The position numbers and the translations under genes are program-made. This document shows, one piece after another, positions 55,881 to 63,669 of a stretch of DNA of 64,000 nucleotides; position 1 is the stretch's first letter, and each line of letters begins with the position of its first letter. The stretch is taken from the sequence record LR756511.1. One strand, 5' to 3'. The notes under the pieces are model-generated. The model saw only the letters and a program-made list of their open reading frames with translations, was not told the origin of the DNA and ran no database searches.

Positions 55881-56078
55881 AACTAACTGCTTACACCTTT
55901 CACACAATTCCATCTCTTTCCAACGCACATCGACTGCTCTACCATATTTAGCAGCTTCATTTACGAAATCACATGCCCGTTTCTTGGCTTCCTCTTCCGT
56001 CAAATTCTCGTCAGCCATCTTCCAAGAATTATCAACGCTGAAGCAGACGCTATATTCCCAATACCATTTCATCTTCAA
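55872..56078 (-). CDS. hypothetical protein
   Basis: 68 aa ORF. Confidence 0.45.
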   Translation of the reverse strand: MKMKWYWEYSVCFSVDNSWKMADENLTEEEAKKRACDFVNEAAKYGRAVDVRWKEMELCERCKQLVGR

Positions 56079-56081
56079 CCC

Positions 56082-56243
56082 TTAATTTAATTGCACGGAA
56101 TTATAACCACATCTCTTGCATGGCTCTCCAGTCGCGGTCGTCCTATTATTCCACTGATGACCTAGCCACTGACACAAGAGCTTGTGTTTTAGCCACTGAA
56201 ACCAAGTTGGACGTGGCTCATAGAATTCTTGCCATCCATTCAT
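56082..56243 (-). CDS. small Cys/His protein (53 aa, DUF1660-like; not in the ORF track)
   Basis: KLLCQWLGHQW...CKRCG; ATGA overlap with the upstream stop. Confidence 0.5.
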   Translation of the reverse strand: MNGWQEFYEPRPTWFQWLKHKLLCQWLGHQWNNRTTATGEPCKRCGYNSVQLN

Positions 56244-57133
56244 TTCTCGCTCCAACACTTTGCTAATTTATAACCGCGTGTGGAAGCATTTTCTTTGAAT
56301 GCCTTATCAAATGCTTCTTTGTATTCCTGCGACGATCCAAAACAAGGCCAAGACCAGCTTTTGCCGTGAATCTCATCTTTTACCTTGCAAGGAACGTACT
56401 TCATTACATCTTCTACAATACAATCTGCAAGAACGTCCCGACCGCATGTGTCTAGGCCACCATAAACTAATTCGCCAGCAAGCCTTTTGTTGTCCTGAAT
56501 TAAATTCCTTGCCTTTTCATCGTCAACAATTACACCAAAGTAGTCACTGGCAATTCTTTTGACTTCCTTGATGTCTTTTAATTCAACTTCCAGTTTCATA
56601 GCTTTGCAGCCCCCCTCTGGTGGAACAGCATCAATAGCAACCAATTTGTAAGTATCTTTGTCTACAACGAAAACACCATCTTCTCGGACTCTACCTTGGC
56701 CTAATCCACGCGATCTAAAAACCACTTCATTTTTGTCTAATAGAAACTGGAGGATTTTACCTTTTGGCGTATCTAATACTTCAATTTCAGCCTTTAAATA
56801 ATCATTTTCAATCTTAAGGTCTTTGACGACATGACTTACAGAATCAAAATGAATCAATAATTCCTTGGGCATTCCCAACTCGCCCATCATGGTTCTACTC
56901 TGCACAAGTTCCCTATGATCTTGAACAATCTTCTCTAATACGTCTCTAGTATAGATTCTGTTATTGCCGTTGGGAACATCAGCGCGTAATATGTCGAATG
57001 TAAGGTCTTTTCTTTCTGCCGCCGCGTTAGAAGCGGTAATAGAACCTTGGCCAACCTCCCATTCTGATTGTCCAGCGACAAGTGCTGTTAGGCCATAGGC
57101 GCACTCAGCAATAAAACAACGCCGATTAATCAT
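56240..57133 (-). CDS. twin-arginine leader + inactive T4 gp21-like prohead protease + C-terminal extension
   Basis: NRRCFI leader; N.N.RIY, GELGMP, VSH, LDTPKG, FRSRGLG, AIDAV. Confidence 0.75.
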   Translation of the reverse strand: MINRRCFIAECAYGLTALVAGQSEWEVGQGSITASNAAAERKDLTFDILRADVPNGNNRIYTRDVLEKIVQDHRELVQSRTMMGELGMPKELLIHFDSVSHVVKDLKIENDYLKAEIEVLDTPKGKILQFLLDKNEVVFRSRGLGQGRVREDGVFVVDKDTYKLVAIDAVPPEGGCKAMKLEVELKDIKEVKRIASDYFGVIVDDEKARNLIQDNKRLAGELVYGGLDTCGRDVLADCIVEDVMKYVPCKVKDEIHGKSWSWPCFGSSQEYKEAFDKAFKENASTRGYKLAKCWSEK

Positions 57134-57561
57134 TTCTTCCTCTCCACCATAGCCTTAACAAAAATCTCAGCCATTCGCCAGCCCGAATCAGTTGGCTCAA
57201 AGCGGGCAATTGGCGACCTGAACTTTGGATGATCTGAAAAATGAGGGTCGATTAACTTCTGTTTTTTAAGGGACTCCCAATCGGTCCCCTTATAAACCAT
57301 AATCTTTCTACCTTCATAGTTCTTGCAGTCAGGATACCGAATCTCGACAATTAAATAATCGCCAATCCCTAAAGTGTCAATTACTTCGAACTTTGCTGGG
57401 TCTGGATTACCAGATGGAACAGGCGGCGCAGTAGATGGAACAGCATCACAACTAGCCCTACAATATCGCGCATCAGAACTACTTCCGAAAAGTTTAATGC
57501 CCATTATTCCATCCAGTGTTTGCCACGGAACAAGAACACGATCCAGTCCAAAGCAACGCAC
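57130..57561 (-). CDS. conserved phage hypothetical protein
   Basis: NPDP..F...YPDCKNYEGRKI...DPHF...PIARFEPT..GW. Confidence 0.6.
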   Translation of the reverse strand: MRCFGLDRVLVPWQTLDGIMGIKLFGSSSDARYCRASCDAVPSTAPPVPSGNPDPAKFEVIDTLGIGDYLIVEIRYPDCKNYEGRKIMVYKGTDWESLKKQKLIDPHFSDHPKFRSPIARFEPTDSGWRMAEIFVKAMVERKK

Positions 57562-57665
57562 AAAGCCATGAATGCCAAAATAAGCACTTCAGGAGCAATC
57601 ATAGCTATTACAAATAATACTAAAAGCGTCCACCCTATTGTTACCATTTATATATTCCTAAAAAG

Positions 57666-57738
57666 CGTCCCTGGAGGGATTCGAACCCCCGACCGAAAGA
57701 TTAGAAGTCTTTTGCTCTATCCACTGAGCTACAGGGAC
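57666..57738 (-). tRNA. tRNA-Arg (UCU)
   Basis: GTCCCTG/CAGGGAC, AAAGA-CTTCTAA-TCTTT. Confidence 0.93.
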
Positions 57739-58220
57739 TTATTCCAAGTTTTGTTAGCCTTGGCGACCAAATCTTCTGGCGATGTAAACTGAATAACTTC
57801 CTGCACTCGATTTCCTTGAAGCCAAAAACGTTCGAACGACGACATTTTTCCATCTTCAAATAAAACCACAACAAGCCATGCTGGTTTACCGTTATATAAA
57901 GCCGACAACTCATATCCGACCACAACGCCAGCGGCACCATCTGCAAACTTAGTTCCAATTGGATATTCTTTCCGCATGTCTTCAGGGACATTAACACCGA
58001 CAGCTTCCCATGTGTCAAAAGTTGGCATTAACTTCACTGGTTCTTCTGGCTTCTTGCCCGCCTGAAAGAATTCCGCAATAATACCTATTACTAAAAAAAC
58101 CACAAAAATGAATAAAATAATAAGGAAAAAAGAACCGCAACCATCTGTCATGCCTAAAAACGTATGCGTAATTTCAAATTGACCAATCATAACATAAATC
58201 CCCAAGGCACACTCATACAA
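57729..58220 (-). CDS. membrane-anchored hypothetical protein
   Basis: one long TM helix; true start probably internal. Confidence 0.5.
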   Translation of the reverse strand: MYECALGIYVMIGQFEITHTFLGMTDGCGSFFLIILFIFVVFLVIGIIAEFFQAGKKPEEPVKLMPTFDTWEAVGVNVPEDMRKEYPIGTKFADGAAGVVVGYELSALYNGKPAWLVVVLFEDGKMSSFERFWLQGNRVQEVIQFTSPEDLVAKANKTWNKSL

Positions 58221-58356
58221 CCATATAAATCTTCGTAGAAATCATGACCTTCGAAGCCACAATCAGGACAGTAATACTCGACAGAGTAATTTTCTGGATT
58301 GTCCTTTATTTCAAAACGCTTTCCACAGCACTCAGGACATTCCGTTTTTTCTTCGC

Positions 58357-58602
58357 TCATTCTAGTGACTCCAAAGCTTTTGTTAATTTTTCCCTGATTT
58401 TATCGTGAAGTTCTTCGGCGTAGAAGTCCCGACTACCAGTGCTGACATATGCTCTGTTTTGTGCGCCCATTGCCAAAAGAAGATACTTTATTTCGGCGTG
58501 ATCGACTTCGACAAATGCTGCTAGTTTCTTAGGTTTTTGTTTCATAATAAGATTATCAGGTGGCCCATAGGTCCAAATTTTAAATAGATTATACCAACTC
58601 AT
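58357..58602 (-). CDS. hypothetical protein
   Basis: 81 aa ORF. Confidence 0.45.
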   Translation of the reverse strand: MSWYNLFKIWTYGPPDNLIMKQKPKKLAAFVEVDHAEIKYLLLAMGAQNRAYVSTGSRDFYAEELHDKIREKLTKALESLE

Positions 58603-58789
58603 GCGTAATCACACGGTTGAACACAACAAAATGTTCCTGCTGGAACGCCTTGAGGCATTTTCTTCTTGCATCGCGCACAGCGATATCGCTTTTGCCGTTC
58701 GGCAGTGCGCGGCTTCTTTGCTTCACGTTTTTGTGATTTGGATTTCATGTTTTCACGAATTATCGCTGATTACTCAGTCTTTGTCAATA

Positions 58790-59569
58790 TTAATCGTAGA
58801 CGCTAGACCCGCCTCCTGTATTGCCGCCTCTACGCGGTCCAGTCCAGTGAGTGTAGATGTCTCTTGCTTCTGGATCGACACAATGCCTGTAATCCGATGG
58901 AATGTCCGACTTATGCGTAGTATTCATCGCATCTATAATTGCCCTTAACCCTTTGTTGGTAATTCCAGGCAATTTTTCCATCATGCTGCCGCCTGTATGA
59001 TGCACGGCATTGTTTAACCTGTCGATCAGAAAGCCTATATGTTTACCATAATGTATTAGACCTTGTTCGCCAATGCCCTTGCTTGCCCCAATAGCGTTTT
59101 CTATTGTTTGTGCAAGCTGCATATAAAATTCCGATGCATCATTCCATAAGTCATTACGACGCTTCATATCTGAACGATATGTCGTCGTCATAGCTCTAGC
59201 AATCAATTTAGGCTTTTCGTGCGGGGTTGCCTTCTTAATTACTTCGATAGGAATTTCAGGCTTTCCACCTACTAAATCTACTCTCGGAACGCCGCCCTGT
59301 TTAGCATATCTGCCAACATAAGCTCCTGTTCCATAGTATTTCTCTAATTGCTCGATGAAAACCTGTGTGAAAACAGTAACATATAGTTCGCCTATTTCCT
59401 GAATAATAAATACCGCTTTTTGCAGATTCTCTTCAGGAATTTGATCGTTCTGTAACCCTGTATTAATGTAATAGAAGCTACAGATAATATCAGGTGTTAT
59501 TTCTCTAAACCTCTGCCCGCCCCACTCATTAAACAACTGTTGTCCGATAAATGCTTCGAAACTTTTCAT
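58790..59569 (-). CDS. putative head-packaged protein (MKSFEAFI N-terminus)
   Basis: CTS-like start; TAGATA box 4 nt before ATG. Confidence 0.55.
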   Translation of the reverse strand: MKSFEAFIGQQLFNEWGGQRFREITPDIICSFYYINTGLQNDQIPEENLQKAVFIIQEIGELYVTVFTQVFIEQLEKYYGTGAYVGRYAKQGGVPRVDLVGGKPEIPIEVIKKATPHEKPKLIARAMTTTYRSDMKRRNDLWNDASEFYMQLAQTIENAIGASKGIGEQGLIHYGKHIGFLIDRLNNAVHHTGGSMMEKLPGITNKGLRAIIDAMNTTHKSDIPSDYRHCVDPEARDIYTHWTGPRRGGNTGGGSSVYD

Positions 59570-60054
59570 GCATTATCTAAGCATTTATCGGACAACTCTT
59601 TGATACAATTTTTCAGAATTACGGCCAAAGCTTCATCCCCATCCTGCGTATAACCTAATAGCAGCTTTGACTCTTCGATATAATCTTGCGTATACTCAAA
59701 AAAGCCGTTTATTGGTCGATCTAGTCGCTTTCGAATATTGTCAATTCGATCAGCCATCTTGATCTTCTTAGCTTCCTTGGAGGCGTGAATATAGTGAGAA
59801 AAGTCCCTGACACTATTGTTATAAATATCTGGAGGGTTTGTAAGCTCTTTTACGATATCTGTAACCTTATCGCCTATAAATGTCCTTAACACTTCTTCCC
59901 GCAGGCGAGTGTCTTCTAGAATATCGTGAAGGTAGGCAGCGGCTAATTCTTCATCGGTAGGATTATTTAGAAGTTTTGCAACTCGCTCGGCGTGGTCGGC
60001 GCGTGAATTAACTAACAAGGTTCTGGCAATAGACTTAGCTCTTTCAACTAACAT
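59566..60054 (-). CDS. HD-domain hydrolase, MESH1/small alarmone hydrolase-like
   Basis: AAAYLHDILEDT, V.ELT, IKMADRIDNIR. Confidence 0.85.
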   Translation of the reverse strand: MLVERAKSIARTLLVNSRADHAERVAKLLNNPTDEELAAAYLHDILEDTRLREEVLRTFIGDKVTDIVKELTNPPDIYNNSVRDFSHYIHASKEAKKIKMADRIDNIRKRLDRPINGFFEYTQDYIEESKLLLGYTQDGDEALAVILKNCIKELSDKCLDNA

Positions 60055-60398
60055 TAGTTTAAGTCCTGTGGACGGGGTTTCGGGTCAAAAGGTGTCTTTA
60101 ACTTGTACTGGCTCATCAAGTACCCCATGTTGTAAACCGTTGCAAGTAAAGTTTTTAAGTTAGAAACGTCAAAGAAATCAAGTTTTCTTAATGTCGTCAA
60201 ATTGAAAGCAATGCATAGTCCTGTCAGCGGAAGATTTATAATATCATCAGGAACCTTATACCATTTAGCAATTAAGTCCGTTGCCCACATTGCTAAATCG
60301 CTATCGGTTGGCGGATTTTTCGGATCAAAACCATACTCGATATACGCCTTCTCAATAACTTTCATCAACTCGGCAGGAATCTGAGGCATCTGTTCCAT
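60054..60398 (-). CDS. hypothetical protein
   Basis: coupled ORF. Confidence 0.5.
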   Translation of the reverse strand: MEQMPQIPAELMKVIEKAYIEYGFDPKNPPTDSDLAMWATDLIAKWYKVPDDIINLPLTGLCIAFNLTTLRKLDFFDVSNLKTLLATVYNMGYLMSQYKLKTPFDPKPRPQDLN

Positions 60399-60434
60399 TG
60401 TTATGTCCTAAAAGGAACCAAATAATTTTAACAG

Positions 60435-60505
60435 TAGTCCGTATAGGAATCGAACCTATTCTTCAAGCTTAGAAGGCAAACGTGCTTCCATCACACCCAC
60501 GGACC
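60435..60505 (-). tRNA. atypical/degenerate tRNA-Arg (UCU), two mismatches in the anticodon stem
   Basis: GGTCCGT/ACGGACT, GTGT/GCAC, TTTGC-CTTCTAA-GCTTG, ATAGG-TTCGATT-CCTAT. Confidence 0.65.
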
Positions 60506-60603
60506 AACGGCGGGTTTTTTAAAGATGCTTTGCCCGCAGAGCATCAATCCCCTGTCAGCCTGGGTAGGCCATGATTCTACAAGTAGATAGTAGTCCCACT
60601 TAC

Positions 60604-60631
60604 ACTATACTACAAAATTTGCGTTTGTAAA
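60604..60631 (-). promoter_or_regulatory. phage early-type promoter TTTACA-N12-GTAG-TATAGT
   Basis: copy of the recurrent motif, upstream of the atypical tRNA-Arg. Confidence 0.6.
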
Positions 60632-60657
60632 GCGAATTTCTACCGCATACCTATACT

Positions 60658-61449
60658 GTGATTACAATAAAGGACTTCAACCACGGCAGAATAGGAACCC
60701 AGCTATTCAAACTAGCCTTTCTTATAGGAGTTGCAACTAAGAATAACTTAGAATTAGTACTCCCTGAAGATCGTTCATTATTTACTAATTACTTCGTGAA
60801 TAGGTTTCCCTACAAAGAACACGCCTACTCATATTTCTTTAATGAACACGACATTTGCCGATATCACTTTGAAGCATTCCATGCTCCTGACGACACTCTA
60901 TTCCTTGGAAACTACCAAAGCGAATTCTATTTTTCACACTGCAAGGAAGCGGTGCAACACATGATTCAGTTTAAACCAGACATCATGCAAGAAACCAAAC
61001 CTATCATAGACAAACTGAGGAACGACTTTGGCAAACCCCTGGTTGCTGTCCATGTCCGTCGTAGAGACTATCTTTCTGACCCGCGACGGAATCTACAACT
61101 AACAGAAAAACAATATTATCGCAAGGCCATGCGACTATTCCCCGACGCCGCTTTTGTTATTTTCTCAGATGATATGCCTTGGTGTGTTGACTATTTCCAC
61201 AAAAAGTTCCCAAAGGAAATAACCATCTTCTTTAATAAGCGAAATACGGTATCACTTTGCGCAATGTCGCTTTGCGATCATCATATAATCGCTAATAGTG
61301 CATTTAGTTGGTGGGGATCATGGTTATGCAACAATCCATCAAAGAAGATTGTTGCACCTGACCAATGGTATGCAGATTGTGAAGATGCGCCGCAGATGTG
61401 CGAGGAATGGATTAAAATACCATTATCATCGACCGTCACAATGATGTAG
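60658..61449 (+). CDS. alpha-1,2-fucosyltransferase family (GT11)
   Basis: GRIGTQLF, GNYQSE.YF, VHVRRRDY, IFSDD..WC, IIANSAFSWWG. Confidence 0.9.
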   Translation: MITIKDFNHGRIGTQLFKLAFLIGVATKNNLELVLPEDRSLFTNYFVNRFPYKEHAYSYFFNEHDICRYHFEAFHAPDDTLFLGNYQSEFYFSHCKEAVQHMIQFKPDIMQETKPIIDKLRNDFGKPLVAVHVRRRDYLSDPRRNLQLTEKQYYRKAMRLFPDAAFVIFSDDMPWCVDYFHKKFPKEITIFFNKRNTVSLCAMSLCDHHIIANSAFSWWGSWLCNNPSKKIVAPDQWYADCEDAPQMCEEWIKIPLSSTVTMM

Positions 61450-61524
61450 TGGAGCCAGAGGGAATCGAACCCTCCAGTCTACTCTTCCTTTTCGGCTTTA
61501 GAGTAAACTTCTCCGTGTGGCCCC
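61450..61524 (-). ncRNA. tRNA-Ala-identity RNA resembling the tRNA-like domain of tmRNA (no anticodon arm)
   Basis: GGGGCCA/TGGCTCC with G3.U70 and A73, unpaired GG-containing D region, helix TTTACTCT/AGAGTAGA, GAGGG-TTCGATT-CCCTC. Confidence 0.65.
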
Positions 61525-61688
61525 TTCTCAATTAAAGGTTCACGACGTTTGTTAGCATGAAGTCTTCCTTGTTCACAATAAGGACAACTTCCGTGCGGGC
61601 GGCATGTCCTATCGACCTTCTTGCTGGTTTTGCCCATATAAGGCTTTCGCCAGTCTTTTCTGTTCGGATAGTGCTTGTCAAATGCCAT
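61479..61688 (-). CDS. small basic conserved phage protein
   Basis: SKKVDRTCRPHGSCPYC..GRLH; the 3' end runs into the tRNA-like RNA. Confidence 0.55.
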   Translation of the reverse strand: MAFDKHYPNRKDWRKPYMGKTSKKVDRTCRPHGSCPYCEQGRLHANKRREPLIEKGPHGEVYSKAEKEE

Positions 61689-61699
61689 AAATCCTCCAG

Positions 61700-61771
61700 T
61701 ACCCCTACCAGGAATCGAACCTGGACCTTCAATTTAGGAAACTGACGCGATATCCATTTCACCATAGGGGC
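61700..61771 (-). tRNA. tRNA-Arg (CCU)
   Basis: GCCCCTA/TAGGGGT, TCAGT-TTCCTAA-ATTGA. Confidence 0.92.
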
Positions 61772-61772
61772 A

Positions 61773-62072
61773 TTAAATCAAATGCCGAATAACATACTCC
61801 CGCACTTCATCAACGAACTTATCAGACGCATCCCTATATGCACCGTACAGCTCGTCAATTTGGCTTTCTTCCATTCCTTGCCAAAATTCAGGGCAATCCT
61901 CAAAGACGCCCTTCCCAACTCCACCTAATAGATAGTCCAGCAATACACGTTTTTGATTTTTGGTTAACTGAACTTCCATCCTCACCTTCGGAGGGGAGGA
62001 CACAGGAGGACGTGGTTTGGTTCGCTCGTTTTTCCACTCTTCCAAAGCCTTTTGGAAATCTTCATCTGGCAT
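61773..62072 (-). CDS. hypothetical protein
   Basis: start MPDEDF. Confidence 0.45.
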   Translation of the reverse strand: MPDEDFQKALEEWKNERTKPRPPVSSPPKVRMEVQLTKNQKRVLLDYLLGGVGKGVFEDCPEFWQGMEESQIDELYGAYRDASDKFVDEVREYVIRHLI

Positions 62073-62219
62073 AACGTTACTTCCCCACAATAAAATCAGG
62101 TTGAACGTCTTCCAAAATCTCTTTTGCGTCCTGATTCCTTGCATTAAGCAACCAAATAAAGTCTTCCAATGCTTCAAAACTTCTTCGCAATTCGTCTTCC
62201 AAATCGTCTGCCATAACGG

Positions 62220-62951
62220 TCACGACTTATCCTCCAAATAATCCCTAAACTTCTTCAACTTTCTCCAATTCAAAGGATTAAAAAGCATTGAGGCTACAGC
62301 CACATAATCAGCCCCAGCACTCATGTAATCCTTCACATCATTTAATTCTGTAATGCCCCCGCCACCAATTATCTTTACTTCCTTGTATGCCTTCCTTACA
62401 TCCTCTACTGCCCAAAGAGAATATTGTTTCAATACTTTACCGCTTATGCCACCACCAGGAGTAGCTATTGTATTACAAAGATGAAAATGATTAATGCCCA
62501 CATTTTTTAAAGGACGAACAAATTCCATCCAGCGAATCGGGGCTAATTTAGCTATCACATTTTGACCAAAACGCCTACGGGCAATAACAGCCGCTTGTAC
62601 AGCTTCATCAATTATGACCTTGCTCACATTTGGACAAGATAAATTCAATTCTAACGCTAATGGTCTTAACTTGGCGGCTAGTTCTACTAATTGCAACCAC
62701 TCTTGTTTATTAAATCCATGTATGCTTAAAAGCTTATCTGTACTAGTTTTAACTGATTTAATACCAGGATCAGGCAGACCTAATTGGTTTGTCCAAGATT
62801 GAAGACGACGAGAATATCTAACCGTCTTTACAATACGCCAAAATCGCTGTATAAATCCAGTCGGATGTAATGTATAGGTTCCAATTGTTGATGTTACGCC
62901 ACGACAACTAAAATAATTACCGAATGGCGCACTAATAATGATACGGTTCAC
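62220..62951 (-). CDS. pyrD: dihydroorotate dehydrogenase-like (compact class 1)
   Basis: ELNLSCPN, AKLAP, NTI, GGISG, IIGGGGI...D..DY..AGAD. Confidence 0.8.
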   Translation of the reverse strand: MNRIIISAPFGNYFSCRGVTSTIGTYTLHPTGFIQRFWRIVKTVRYSRRLQSWTNQLGLPDPGIKSVKTSTDKLLSIHGFNKQEWLQLVELAAKLRPLALELNLSCPNVSKVIIDEAVQAAVIARRRFGQNVIAKLAPIRWMEFVRPLKNVGINHFHLCNTIATPGGGISGKVLKQYSLWAVEDVRKAYKEVKIIGGGGITELNDVKDYMSAGADYVAVASMLFNPLNWRKLKKFRDYLEDKS

Positions 62952-63119
62952 TCTGAATCAGTAAACAAATTCGCAAGAATTTGGTCAATAATAAACGTGT
63001 CTGTGATGATGTAGGCAAGCCCAGCTATCACCGCTACTTCAAATCCAAAGAAATACTTAATTCCCAAAAGAATAAGTATGTTAAAAAGCAGAATACAAAA
63101 TCTTGCTAAAAGCATTGTT

Positions 63120-63536
63120 TTATCCTAATAACCATTGCACGCCGACTATCTTCTCAAGAAATACCTGACAACTCAAGATCAAAGTGCAAGCGTGAACCAA
63201 TTGATCGAACCCCAATGTCACGAAGAACAAATACAATAACTGCCTTTTGTAAAAAAAGGAAGTGATCTTACTGGTAATTGCATCCGTTATTATGTGCGCA
63301 ACAATATTGAACGCCACAAACATCACAAATATCGAAAGTGGCACGGATTCTGGCATTACTACATACATGCCAGTCGTAAACACTGTGGCGTAAGCTAATC
63401 CGTGGGCAAGAAGTGCTAGTTGATTATGGCTTTTGTTGTTCGCCATCCAGCGGATTTGGCACACGAAATCTGCTATAAAATGAAGCACTAGCAAGTAATA
63501 TATCATGGTTGCCACATAATCGTAATCTGATCGCAA
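63120..63536 (-). CDS. DUF3307 family membrane protein
   Basis: HFIADFVCQ..WMA..K, HG..Y, H.ITD, GFDQLVH. Confidence 0.85.
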   Translation of the reverse strand: MRSDYDYVATMIYYLLVLHFIADFVCQIRWMANNKSHNQLALLAHGLAYATVFTTGMYVVMPESVPLSIFVMFVAFNIVAHIITDAITSKITSFFYKRQLLYLFFVTLGFDQLVHACTLILSCQVFLEKIVGVQWLLG

Positions 63537-63669
63537 GCTTCATCGAAGGTAAGCGGTTTATCGAAATCTTTCTTGATAAAGTTTTTACCTTCTGGCGGCT
63601 CTCTGCTGAATATCCATGCATCACCGTCTTGCCAGTAATAAACACTTGTAATTAACTCTTCATCCATAG

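Noticed and set aside
56150-56205. Direct repeat TAGCCACTGA x2 around a small hairpin as a possible ncRNA or operator
   Set aside because: Falls inside a 53-aa coding ORF (56082..56243), where repeated Q-W-L codons explain it
61450-61477. tRNA 3'-fragment as an attP/attR integration scar
   Set aside because: A matching 5' acceptor strand (GGGGCCA) lies 75 nt upstream and pairs fully, so the element is a complete fold, not a fragment
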